DNA of 43,869 bases from Deltaproteobacteria bacterium (GCA_013205435.1 JABMMX010000165.1:1-43869); one strand, 5' to 3'. Counted from the first letter of the stretch, positions 1-8,204 are shown. A program made the numbers and translations. Notes: generated by a model from the letters alone, not told the origin.

Positions 1-864
1 GAGGGGAGCGGTGTGGTGCCTCCGCCACCCGCGCCTGCGCCGATCGGGTTTGAATGTCTGCGCTGCCCCGGGGCGACGCCCTGCAGCGGTCAGAATGTCT
101 GCAATCTCACCGTGGCGGCCGACGGCAGCGCGACGGCCACCTGCGCCTGCGAAGCCGACACCTATGGCGAGGACTGCAGCCTGACGCGTGCCTTCTGCAA
201 CGACCACGGCACGCCCATCGGCGGCGGCGCCTGCGCCTGCGACGAGGGGTATGCGGGGCGGTCGTGCCAGCTGGTGGGTGTGGAGGTCTGCGGCGCCAAC
301 GCGGTGATGAACCCGGACGGGAGCTGCACCTGCAACCCCGGCTATGCGGGCGCCCGCTGCGACAGCTTCTGCGGCGACGGTGTGGTGGGCACGGCAGAGG
401 GCTGTGACGACGGCAACCAGACGGCCGGCGACGGTTGCAGCGCCCGCTGCTTCATCGAGCAGGGCTTCTCCTGCGAGGACACTGTGCCGACGAGCTGCAT
501 CGTGGATGCCGACGGCGACGGCGTGACCGATGAGGAGGACAACTGCCCGACGACGCCGAATTCGGACCAGAACGACGGCAACGGCGACGGGTCGGGCTAT
601 GCCTGCGACCCCGTCGAGATCTCGTCGGACACGGGCGTGAACGACAACGATATCATCGACCGCGACACGGGCGTGGAGCTCGAGGAGGAGGACACGGCGG
701 TGGAGGACACCGGCACGCTGCTCCCCGACACGGAGGGCAGCGCCGAGCCGGCACCCGCCCCGAAGAAGAAGGACGACGGCTGCTCGGCCGCGGGCGGCAG
801 CGCCGGCTGGCTGGCAATGGCGCTGCTGGCTGTGGCTCTCTGGCGGAGAAGGCGGCTCGCCTAG
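1..864 (+). CDS. Secreted cysteine-rich surface protein (EGF-like units, one myxobacterial Cys-rich repeat, TSP type-3-like Ca-binding repeat, MYXO-CTERM-like anchor); 5' partial
   Basis: The reading frame is open to the window edge and there is no signal peptide, so the N-terminus lies outside the window. EGF-like Cys spacing is present ('CACEADTYGEDC', 'CACDEGYAGRSC', 'CTCNPGYAGARC'). 'CGDGVVGTAEGCDDGNQTAGDGCSARC' matches the Cys-rich repeat. 'DADGDGVTDEEDNCPTTPNSDQNDGNGDG' is thrombospondin type-3-like. The C-terminus 'GCSAAGGSAGWLAMALLAVALWRRRR' is MYXO-CTERM-like. Confidence 0.75.
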   Translation, partial: EGSGVVPPPPAPAPIGFECLRCPGATPCSGQNVCNLTVAADGSATATCACEADTYGEDCSLTRAFCNDHGTPIGGGACACDEGYAGRSCQLVGVEVCGANAVMNPDGSCTCNPGYAGARCDSFCGDGVVGTAEGCDDGNQTAGDGCSARCFIEQGFSCEDTVPTSCIVDADGDGVTDEEDNCPTTPNSDQNDGNGDGSGYACDPVEISSDTGVNDNDIIDRDTGVELEEEDTAVEDTGTLLPDTEGSAEPAPAPKKKDDGCSAAGGSAGWLAMALLAVALWRRRRLA

Positions 865-900
865 GCGAGCAGCGCGGCCTCACCTACCGGCCCGAGCACC

Positions 901-2121
901 CTACCCTCTCGCGAGGGTGATCTCGGTGATCTCGGGTGGGGAGCCGACGCGTAAGGGGGGGCCCCAGCAGCCCGTGCCGCGCGAGACGTAGCACTGGAGT
1001 TTGCCGAAGTGGCCCAGCCCTGCGGCCAGCGGGTTGAAGAGGCCGACGAAGAGCGGGCCCGGGAAGAACTGGCCGCCGTGGGTGTGGCCGCTGATCTGGA
1101 GGTCGAAGCCGGCCTCTCGTGCTGCGGGGATGGACTTGGGCTGGTGGGCCAGGAGCAGGCGGAAGTCGTGCTGGGCCGCGCCGGCGAGGGCCCTCTTGGG
1201 GTCGGAGGCGTGGTCGGGGTCGAACTGGCCGCCCGTGAAGTCGGTGACGCCGCCGACCAGCAGGCGGGCGCCATCCCGCTCGACGATGCGGTGCTCGTTG
1301 TTGAGCACGGTGAGGCCGAGGCGGGCCACCTCGTCGCACCAGGCCCGGTGGCCGCTGTAATACTCGTGGTTGCCCGTGACGAAGTAGACGCCGTGGGCTG
1401 CCTTGAGGTCGCCGATGGGGGCCACCTCGCTGGCGTAGGTCTTCACGCTGCCGTCGACGAGGTCGCCGGTGAGGGCGATCATGTCGGCGCCGAGCGCGTT
1501 GGTCTTGGCGACGATGGCGGCGAGCTGGGCCCGGTTGAGGGGGGCGCCGATGTGGATGTCGGTGATCTGGGCGATGCGGAAGCCCTCAAGCCCCGGCGGC
1601 AGGTTGGGGAAGCGGAGGGTGACCCGCTTGTAGGGGGGCAGCTGCATGGCGGAGCGGAAGCCGGTGACGGCGAGGCCGCCCGTGGCGAGCGCAGCCGCCA
1701 TATGGGTCGCGTTGAAGAACAGCGCCCGACGCGCCGGCGAGGGGAGCAGCGGCTCGGCGCCGAGCCCGGTGGCCAGGCCGAGGATGCGGGCGCCGGCGCT
1801 CCAGACGAGCCAGCCGAGGTCGCGGACCAAGACAAGGAAGAGAAAGGTGAAGAAGATGCCCATGTAGCCATAGGCGGCGATGGTGAGGGCGTTGCCCGCG
1901 GCGCTGATGTTGCCCACCTTCCGGATGAGGAAGAGGCTGCCCATGCTGAAGAAGACGAGGAGAGCCGCGACGAGGTAGGGGAGCGCGGCGGGCCAGCTCT
2001 GTCCGTAGCAGCCGAGCCGGAGCGACGAGAAGATACGGGAGGCGACATAGAGGTGCATCCCGCCCCAGAAGAGGGTGACCATGGAGAAGAAGAAGGCCAT
2101 GCGGAGCTGGAGCGGTATCAC
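901..2121 (-). CDS. Membrane-anchored metallophosphoesterase (calcineurin-like phosphoesterase family)
   Basis: Several N-terminal hydrophobic helices are followed by the phosphoesterase motifs 'ITDIHIG', 'LTGDLVDG', 'GNHEYY' and 'GHTHGG'. The start is GTG at 2121, with an alternative ATG at 2100. Confidence 0.85.
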   Translation of the reverse strand: MIPLQLRMAFFFSMVTLFWGGMHLYVASRIFSSLRLGCYGQSWPAALPYLVAALLVFFSMGSLFLIRKVGNISAAGNALTIAAYGYMGIFFTFLFLVLVRDLGWLVWSAGARILGLATGLGAEPLLPSPARRALFFNATHMAAALATGGLAVTGFRSAMQLPPYKRVTLRFPNLPPGLEGFRIAQITDIHIGAPLNRAQLAAIVAKTNALGADMIALTGDLVDGSVKTYASEVAPIGDLKAAHGVYFVTGNHEYYSGHRAWCDEVARLGLTVLNNEHRIVERDGARLLVGGVTDFTGGQFDPDHASDPKRALAGAAQHDFRLLLAHQPKSIPAAREAGFDLQISGHTHGGQFFPGPLFVGLFNPLAAGLGHFGKLQCYVSRGTGCWGPPLRVGSPPEITEITLARG

Positions 2122-2148
2122 GGTCGTCTTCTTGGCGGAGGATGCGTT

Positions 2149-2526
2149 CTAGGGTTGGATGCAGGAGGCGTCGCGACAGATGCGGCCGGTGCCGCAGTCG
2201 TCGTTGCTGTCGCACTCGGGCAGGCCCATGCCGCCCCGCTCGCAGGTGCCGGAGCGGAGGGAGCAGCGGAGCTCCTTCTGGCACTCGTAGGCCGAGACGC
2301 ACTGGGTGCCGGCGGGGCCGGCTGCGCTTGCGACACACTTTTTGCCGTCGGTGCGTCCGGTGTCGAGGCACTGGGTGCCGCCCGTGCAGTCGGCGGCGGT
2401 GGCGCAGTTGGCGCCATAGTTGGCCGGCTGGCCCTGCTGGGCGAGCCCCTGGAGGAGTTCGGGGCAGCCCGTCTGGGTGAGCAGGAGGAGGGTGCCGGCG
2501 AGGGCGAGGCGGTGTGCGATCTGCAT
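2149..2526 (-). CDS. Small secreted cysteine-rich lipoprotein (unknown function)
   Basis: A signal peptide with lipobox 'LLLTQTGC' is present. There are 13 Cys in 125 aa, arranged as repeated 'CxxxxDCxxGxxC'-like units. GGAG lies about 5 nt upstream of the ATG. Confidence 0.65.
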   Translation of the reverse strand: MQIAHRLALAGTLLLLTQTGCPELLQGLAQQGQPANYGANCATAADCTGGTQCLDTGRTDGKKCVASAAGPAGTQCVSAYECQKELRCSLRSGTCERGGMGLPECDSNDDCGTGRICRDASCIQP

Positions 2527-2630
2527 GTGGGCTCCGAGGCTGCGTTCGGGACCCCTCTACGCGCGCCATGCTGGAATGTTCAACTGCCTTCGTGCTACCA
2601 GTGCGGCCCTCTCCGACCCCTGTGCGCCGC

Positions 2631-4700
2631 ATGGATCTCAGCAGCCTCAACCCTCCGCAGCGGGAGGCAACCAAGCATGATCAGGGGCCGCTCTTGGTGC
2701 TTGCGGGTGCCGGTTCGGGCAAGACGCGGGTCATCACCCACCGGATCGGGCTGTTGCTGGAGCGGGGGGTTCGGCCGGGCGCGATCCTGGGACTGACCTT
2801 CACGAACAAGGCGGCGACCGAGATGCGGGAGCGGCTCGCCTCGCTGATGAACCGCGACCTGGCCAAGCAGGTGCGGCTGCACACCTTCCACGCGCTGGGT
2901 GCCAACATCCTGCGCGATGAGATTGAGGCGATTGGCTACAAGCGGCCCTTCACGATTCTGGATGAGGCGGAGCGGGAGCGGGTGCTCAAGCGGGTGCTGG
3001 AGGAGCTAAAGCTCTCGTCGTCGGCGGTTCCCGTGGACCGGATCCTGGGGCTGATTTCGCAGGCGAAGAATGCGATGACGACGCCGGCAAAGCTGTCGGC
3101 GGCGAAGTTTTCGCCCGAGATGCCGCGGGCGCAGCAGCTGTTTGGCCATTACCAGCAGGCGCTCAAGAACCTGAACGCGGTGGACTTTGACGACCTGCTG
3201 CTGATGCCGACGGAGCTCTTGCGGACGCGGCCGGATATTCGGGAAAAGTACCGGCAGATGTTCCGGTATATTCTGGTGGACGAGTATCAGGACACCAACC
3301 CGATTCAGCTGGCCTTTCTGGCGGAGCTGGTGGCGCCGCCGCAGCTGAACCTGATGGTGGTGGGTGACGACGACCAGTCGATTTATGGGTTCCGCGGCGC
3401 GGCCTCGGACACGATTCTGCTCTTCGAGAAGATCTACCCGACAGCCAAGGTCATCACGCTGGAGCAGAACTACCGGTCGGTGAGCAACATCCTGCGGGTG
3501 GCCAACCATGTGATCGGGCGGAACACGAAGCGGAAGGTGAAGAACCTCTGGAGCGCACATGGCGACGGCGCGCTGGTGCAGCATGTGGCGCTGACGAGCG
3601 ATGATGAAGAGGCGAAGTGGATTGCGAACCGGATTGGGTCGCAGCAGGTGACGGAGCGGCGGACGCTCGACCAGTTTGCGATCCTCTTTCGGGCGGGCAA
3701 CCAGGCGCGGGAGCTGGAGGAGGCGCTGCGTGCGCGGCGGCTTCCCTACCGGCTGGTGGGGGCGCAGAGCCTCTTTGACCGCAAGGAGATCAAGGATGCG
3801 CTCTGCTACCTGCGGCTGCTGCTGAATCCGCATGATGAGCTGGCGCTGCGGCGGGTCATCAATGTGCCTTCGCGGGGCATCGGCATCACGACGATGGCGA
3901 ACATCGACCAGACCGCCAAGGAAGATAGCCTGGCGCTCTTTGAGGTGGTGCGCCGGATGTCGAAGCAGGGGAAGGTGGCGGAGAAGACGCGGGCCGGCAT
4001 GCTGGAGCTGACAGGGGTCATCGATGCGACCCGGCAGCGGCTGCGGGAGGTGGACCGCGAGGCGCTTCGGCCCATGCTGCTGAACTACCTCAAGGAGATT
4101 GGGGTGGAGCGGGCCATCCGTGCCGATGAGCCGAATCCGAATGTGGCGGAGATTCGGTGGAAGATGGTGAGCGAGCTGGTGGAGGGGATCGCGCGGGCGG
4201 AGGAGCCCGAGAGCGCCTCGGCCTATGCGGTGCTCGACCGGTATGTGCAGTCGGTGACGCTCGACCTGACGCTGATCGCGCAGGAGCGGGAAGAGGAGAA
4301 CCGGAACAAGATTACGCTGATGACGCTGCACTCGAGCAAGGGGCTGGAGTTCCCCGTGGTCTTCATGTGCGGCATGAGCGAGGAGCAGCTGCCGCACAGG
4401 CGTGCGGTGGAGGAGGGTGGCGGCGCGGCGATCGCCGAGGAGCGGCGGCTCTGTTACGTGGGCATCACGCGGGCACGGGAGCAGCTGGTGCTGACCCGGT
4501 CGCGGTCGGCCAACCTGCGGGGCGAGCGGGTAACGCGAAAGGCGTCGCGCTTCCTCGGCGAGATTCCGCCGGAGCTGCTGGAGATGCTGGATGCGAGCGG
4601 CGTGCCGACGATGCCGGTGGCGCCCGACCCGACGAAGCTGTCGAACCTGGAACAGATCGCGAGGCTTCAGGCGATGCTGCAGGCCAAGCAGAGACCCTGA
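2631..4700 (+). CDS. uvrD: UvrD/PcrA/Rep-family ATP-dependent DNA helicase
   Basis: SF1 helicase motifs are present: 'LNPPQREA', Walker A 'AGAGSGKTRV', 'ILVDEYQDTN', 'VGDDDQSIYGFRGA', 'QNYRS', 'TLHSSKGLEF' and 'YVGITRA'. I moved the start from the track ORF (2514) to the ATG at 2631 so that the Q-motif sits near the N-terminus. Confidence 0.9.
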   Translation: MDLSSLNPPQREATKHDQGPLLVLAGAGSGKTRVITHRIGLLLERGVRPGAILGLTFTNKAATEMRERLASLMNRDLAKQVRLHTFHALGANILRDEIEAIGYKRPFTILDEAERERVLKRVLEELKLSSSAVPVDRILGLISQAKNAMTTPAKLSAAKFSPEMPRAQQLFGHYQQALKNLNAVDFDDLLLMPTELLRTRPDIREKYRQMFRYILVDEYQDTNPIQLAFLAELVAPPQLNLMVVGDDDQSIYGFRGAASDTILLFEKIYPTAKVITLEQNYRSVSNILRVANHVIGRNTKRKVKNLWSAHGDGALVQHVALTSDDEEAKWIANRIGSQQVTERRTLDQFAILFRAGNQARELEEALRARRLPYRLVGAQSLFDRKEIKDALCYLRLLLNPHDELALRRVINVPSRGIGITTMANIDQTAKEDSLALFEVVRRMSKQGKVAEKTRAGMLELTGVIDATRQRLREVDREALRPMLLNYLKEIGVERAIRADEPNPNVAEIRWKMVSELVEGIARAEEPESASAYAVLDRYVQSVTLDLTLIAQEREEENRNKITLMTLHSSKGLEFPVVFMCGMSEEQLPHRRAVEEGGGAAIAEERRLCYVGITRAREQLVLTRSRSANLRGERVTRKASRFLGEIPPELLEMLDASGVPTMPVAPDPTKLSNLEQIARLQAMLQAKQRP

Positions 4701-4843
4701 TGCGTGGACCCATGAACACAACCCGACTGTTGCTCCTTCTGCCGCTCCTCGCTCTGGCTGCCTGTGTGAGCGGCGAGGAGTGCGCGACGGGCACCTGCGG
4801 GGGCGGGGCGTGCGCCGTCAGCAGCTTCTGCGTGGCCCCGTAG
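4700..4843 (+). CDS. Putative 47-aa cysteine-rich micro-lipoprotein
   Basis: 'MRGPMNTTRLLLLLPLLALAAC' is a textbook lipoprotein signal with lipobox L-A-A-C. The 26-aa mature part has 5 Cys. Its ATG overlaps the uvrD stop (ATGA). It is short, so coding status is uncertain. Confidence 0.45.
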   Translation: MRGPMNTTRLLLLLPLLALAACVSGEECATGTCGGGACAVSSFCVAP

Positions 4844-4846
4844 CCG

Positions 4847-5209
4847 CTACCAGCCGCCGTTGGGGAGCTCGGCCGGCTGCTCGACGGGCTCGGTCTCGGT
4901 CTCGGGCGCTGCGTTGCAGGTGTAGGTGGCCTTGAGCGGCACCACGAGGCCGGCCGTGAAGTAGATGGCGAAGATGGAGTACCAGGGCATGCCCGTGTCG
5001 ACGCGGGCGATGCCGTAGGGGCACTCCACCTTGGTCTTGCCGGGGATGAGGCCGTAGAAGAGGCCAACGGAGGTGTCGGATTCGAGCTCTCCGCCCCTGT
5101 CGGTGAGCAGGGCGCCCTCGTCGTCGATGGCGCGAATGCTCTGGCGGTAGCAGCCGGAGAGGGCGAGGAGGAGGGTGAGCGCAAGGAGGCGCCGTGAGGC
5201 TGTCTGCAT
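4847..5209 (-). CDS. Bor/Iss-like outer-membrane lipoprotein
   Basis: The start is set at 'MQTASRRLLALTLLLALSGC' (lipobox). 'LFYGLIPGKTKVECPYGIARVDTG..YFTAGLVVPLKATYTC' aligns by eye with lambda Bor ('FFVSGIGQKKTVDAAKICGG..ITLGIYTPLEARVYC'). The upstream 152 aa of the track ORF is low-complexity and overlaps deoA. Confidence 0.6.
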   Translation of the reverse strand: MQTASRRLLALTLLLALSGCYRQSIRAIDDEGALLTDRGGELESDTSVGLFYGLIPGKTKVECPYGIARVDTGMPWYSIFAIYFTAGLVVPLKATYTCNAAPETETEPVEQPAELPNGGW

Positions 5210-5258
5210 AGTTTGCTCCGGAGGTGGTGAGAGGCGTAGGGTCGGCATCGGCGCTTGG

Positions 5259-6620
5259 TCAACCGCGGCGGACCTGCTGGAAGCGGCTGGCGGGGATCGG
5301 GGCCGGGGTGAGGGCGGCCTCGTCGAGGCGGTCGATGAGGAGCGGTGGTTTGACCGCCTTTTCGCCGTAGGAGATGGCGGTGCGGAGCATGGGGATGCAG
5401 GCGTCGCGGCGGGCCTCGTCGTTCCAGTGGAGCTCGGCGATGACGTCGCCCTCGCGGAGCTCTGCACCGATGGGGGCGCGCCAGTAGAAGCCGACGGCGG
5501 GATCGACGCTGTCTTCGGCCTTGGCGCGGCCTGCGCCGAGCACGACGGCGGCTCGTCCGATGCGCTCACAGGCGAGACCGACGACGGTGCCGGAGCGGGC
5601 CGCGGTGATCTGGGTGACGTGGGCTGCCTGGGGCATGCGGGAGAGGTCGTGGATGGCGGCCACATCGCCGCCGTGTGCGGTGACGAGCTGGCACCATTTC
5701 TCGTAGGCGGCGCCGCTGTCGAGGTTCTTCACGAGCAGTTCGCGGGCCTCCTCGATGCTGCCTGTGCGACCGACGGAGAGGAGCATCTCGGCGGAGAGGA
5801 GCAAGGTGAGTTCGCGGATGTCGGCGGGGCCACCGCCGCGCAGGACCTCGACGCTCTCGATGACCTCCAGCGAGTTGCCGATGGCGGCGCCGAGCGGCTC
5901 GTCCATCTGGGTGAGGAGCGCGGTGACGCGGACGCCGGCGGCCTTGCCGATGGCGATCATGGTGGTGGCGAGGAGGCGGGCCCGCTCGGGGGTCTTCATG
6001 AAGGCGCCATCGCCCACCTTCACATCGAGGACGAGGGCGTTGATGCCTTCGGCGAGCTTCTTGCTCATGATGGAGCTGGCGATGAGCGGGATGCACTCGA
6101 CGGTCGAGGTGACGTCGCGGAGGGCGTAGAGTTTCTTGTCTGCGGGGCAGATGCTGCCGGTCTGTCCGATGAGGCCGCAGCCGAGGGTTGCGACCAGTTC
6201 GCGGAAACGTGGGAGGGTCTGCTGGGTGGAGAAGCCGGGGATGGACTCGAGCTTGTCGAGGGTGCCGCCGGTGTGGCCGAGTCCTCGTCCGGAGATCATG
6301 GGGACGGCGACGCCGGTGGAGGCAACGAGCGGCGCGAGGATGAGGGAGATTTTGTCGCCGACGCCGCCGGTGCTGTGCTTGTCTGCCTTGGGGGCGGGGA
6401 TGTCGGAGAAGTCGAGGACCTCGCCGGAGCGGAGCATCTCGCCGGCCCAGGAGGTCAGCTCCGCGTCGTCCATGTCGCGGAAGAAGAAGGCCATGAGCAG
6501 GGCCGACATCTGGTAGTCGGGGATGGAGCCGTCGGTGTAGCCGGCGAGGAGGTAGGCGATCTCTTCGTGGGAGAGGTGGCCGTTATCTCGCTTCCGCTGG
6601 ATGAGTTCGGGGACAAACAT
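5259..6620 (-). CDS. deoA: Thymidine (pyrimidine-nucleoside) phosphorylase
   Basis: The protein is colinear with E. coli DeoA: 'LIQRKRDNGHLSHEEI', 'DKHSTGGVGDK', 'PMISGRGLGHTGGTLDKLESIPGF' and 'ICPADKKLYALRDVT'. The start is set at ATG 6620 ('MFVPELIQ'). Confidence 0.9.
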   Translation of the reverse strand: MFVPELIQRKRDNGHLSHEEIAYLLAGYTDGSIPDYQMSALLMAFFFRDMDDAELTSWAGEMLRSGEVLDFSDIPAPKADKHSTGGVGDKISLILAPLVASTGVAVPMISGRGLGHTGGTLDKLESIPGFSTQQTLPRFRELVATLGCGLIGQTGSICPADKKLYALRDVTSTVECIPLIASSIMSKKLAEGINALVLDVKVGDGAFMKTPERARLLATTMIAIGKAAGVRVTALLTQMDEPLGAAIGNSLEVIESVEVLRGGGPADIRELTLLLSAEMLLSVGRTGSIEEARELLVKNLDSGAAYEKWCQLVTAHGGDVAAIHDLSRMPQAAHVTQITAARSGTVVGLACERIGRAAVVLGAGRAKAEDSVDPAVGFYWRAPIGAELREGDVIAELHWNDEARRDACIPMLRTAISYGEKAVKPPLLIDRLDEAALTPAPIPASRFQQVRRG

Positions 6621-6689
6621 GGGCGTGCTCCGCGTCGCAAAGCGCGAAGGTAGCGGGGCAGGCGCGGGGCTCAACTTCTTCGCAGTCTG

Positions 6690-8204
6690 CTAGCGCGCTC
6701 GCTGTTGGACGAGGGCGTCGAGGAGGGGTCGGGCGACCTCTGCGCGGAGGAGAGGCGCCATGCCACCGCCCGTGGCGATGTTGACGATTTTGCTGGCGCT
6801 GACGCGGACCGCCCCGCCGCGCATGCGGGCGTTGATGCCGAGGCTGGTATACATGGAGAGGTCGGCGACGAGCTCGGCCCAGCCCCAGGAGCCGTCTGCG
6901 TTGCGGCAGAGGCGGGGCTCGACGGCGGGCTGTACGATGCGCTGCACAATCCAGACATCGCCGGGGTCGTGGAGGGCGAGTTGGACCATCTTGGGCCAGT
7001 CGATGAAGGGGGCATCGTTGCGGAGCACGAACATCTCGCGGAGCTTCTCCTGCGTGGAGGGCTCGTGGAGGTGCTCTGCGAGGATGACGCTCTTTCCGCC
7101 GTAGGCCCAGCTCCGCTTGAGGATGAGCTCGTCGGGGTGTGCGGCGACGAAGGCGGGGAGGGCCGCGATGGCGGCGCCGCTCCAGTCGGTGGAGGCGCCG
7201 TCGGAGAGGAGGCGGGTCCAGGGCGGCAGCGTGAGTGCGGCGTGGCGCTCCTCTTCGGTGAGGGCCAGTGCGCTACCGAGCAGGTTTCGCTCGGCGGCGA
7301 ACTGGGCGATGGCGAGCATGGCCTTGACCTCGAGCTGCGGGTCGACCGGGTTGAAGAGGCAGTGGCGCCGCGGGTCGCGGAGCATGGCAGCGAAGGGCGA
7401 GGCGGCATCGATGCGCCAGGCGAAGATGTGGCGGTAGTAGAGGTCGAAGCGCTGGCCGGCGACGTGGGGGCCGTCTGCGTCGAGAGCGATGCTGTCGGGT
7501 GCGACGCAGGTGGATTCGACGCCGCGGGTGCGCCAGATGCGCTGGATGTTTTCGAGGTCGCCGCGCTGGCTGTCGCCGTTGCGGACGACGATGGCGATGT
7601 GGCGCACGGGGTGGCCGGGGCGTGCAAGCTCGGCCTGTTCGAGGAGGGAGTCGATGAGGTCGCCGGCGTTGGAGCCCTGCGCCTCGACGAGGGCGGAGAT
7701 GCGGGCCTCGTCGAGGCCTCCGACGCGGCCAACGCTGCGGATCCAGGCCTGCGCGACGGCATCGGCGTAGCCGGGCATGGCCGGGATGGTGGCGTTCATC
7801 TCGAGGGCGGAGTGGCCTCCGCCAATGGCCGGGAAGAGGTCGGCGCGGGCGATGGCGACGTTGCGGGCGTTGGGGAAGCCGGTCTGCAGACACTCGCGCT
7901 CGAGCGGCGAGAGGGCGGCAAAGATGCGGCGACGGTCGAAGAGGTGGAGCTGCCCTGTGATGAGCGCCTCGGAGCTCTTTCGGATGGCAGAGAGGAGGTG
8001 GTGGGCGCCGGTGGAGAGGCGGTCGCGGTGGTCATCTTCGAGGATGACGGGCGAGAGGACGGGCGGGATGACCTGGCGAGTCTGCGTGGCGTCGCGCCAG
8101 ACGAAGAGGCCGTTGCTCGAGGCCTCGTTGGCGCAGCCGTCGGCGAGGGTGGTGCGCTGCGCGGGCGTGAGCCCCTCCCAGGCCTGCGCGAAGGTGGTGG
8201 TCAT
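6690..8204 (-). CDS. ATP-grasp-like ligase of unknown substrate (resembles the glutathionylspermidine-synthase-like / circularly permuted ATP-grasp type 2 families)
   Basis: The start is ATG 8204 (residue 220 of the track ORF). The upstream part of that ORF is Arg/His/Pro junk lying over deoB in another frame. The start overlaps the deoB stop as ATGA. Supporting motifs are 'ARADLFPAIGGGHSALEMNATIPAMPGY', 'LILKRSWAYGGKSVIL', 'VWIVQRIV' and 'IVNIATGGGMAPL'. The family assignment comes from motif memory, not a search. Confidence 0.65.
   Translation of the reverse strand: MTTTFAQAWEGLTPAQRTTLADGCANEASSNGLFVWRDATQTRQVIPPVLSPVILEDDHRDRLSTGAHHLLSAIRKSSEALITGQLHLFDRRRIFAALSPLERECLQTGFPNARNVAIARADLFPAIGGGHSALEMNATIPAMPGYADAVAQAWIRSVGRVGGLDEARISALVEAQGSNAGDLIDSLLEQAELARPGHPVRHIAIVVRNGDSQRGDLENIQRIWRTRGVESTCVAPDSIALDADGPHVAGQRFDLYYRHIFAWRIDAASPFAAMLRDPRRHCLFNPVDPQLEVKAMLAIAQFAAERNLLGSALALTEEERHAALTLPPWTRLLSDGASTDWSGAAIAALPAFVAAHPDELILKRSWAYGGKSVILAEHLHEPSTQEKLREMFVLRNDAPFIDWPKMVQLALHDPGDVWIVQRIVQPAVEPRLCRNADGSWGWAELVADLSMYTSLGINARMRGGAVRVSASKIVNIATGGGMAPLLRAEVARPLLDALVQQRAR

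Noticed and set aside
1009-2796. A 595-aa plus-strand ORF lies antisense to the metallophosphoesterase. Similar long antisense or out-of-frame ORFs occur at 3006-4721(-), 5175-6653(+), 6705-8255(+), 8342-9511(+), 10844-11926(+), 15493-17496(-), 19300-21204(-), 24589-26253(+), 25994-27568(+), 36134-37279(-), 37703-38722(+) and 41070-42800(+).
   Set aside because: Their translations are Arg/Gly/Ala/Pro/His/Asp-rich low-complexity strings with no recognisable motif. Each lies opposite, or out of frame with, a gene that has clear family motifs. Long stop-free shadow frames are expected in high-G+C DNA.
4847-5209. The Bor-like gene considered as evidence for a prophage or genomic island.
   Set aside because: No integrase, tRNA, capsid, tail, terminase or repressor genes occur within the window. 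I saw no direct repeats or compositional break, and the neighbours are housekeeping deo and uvrD genes.
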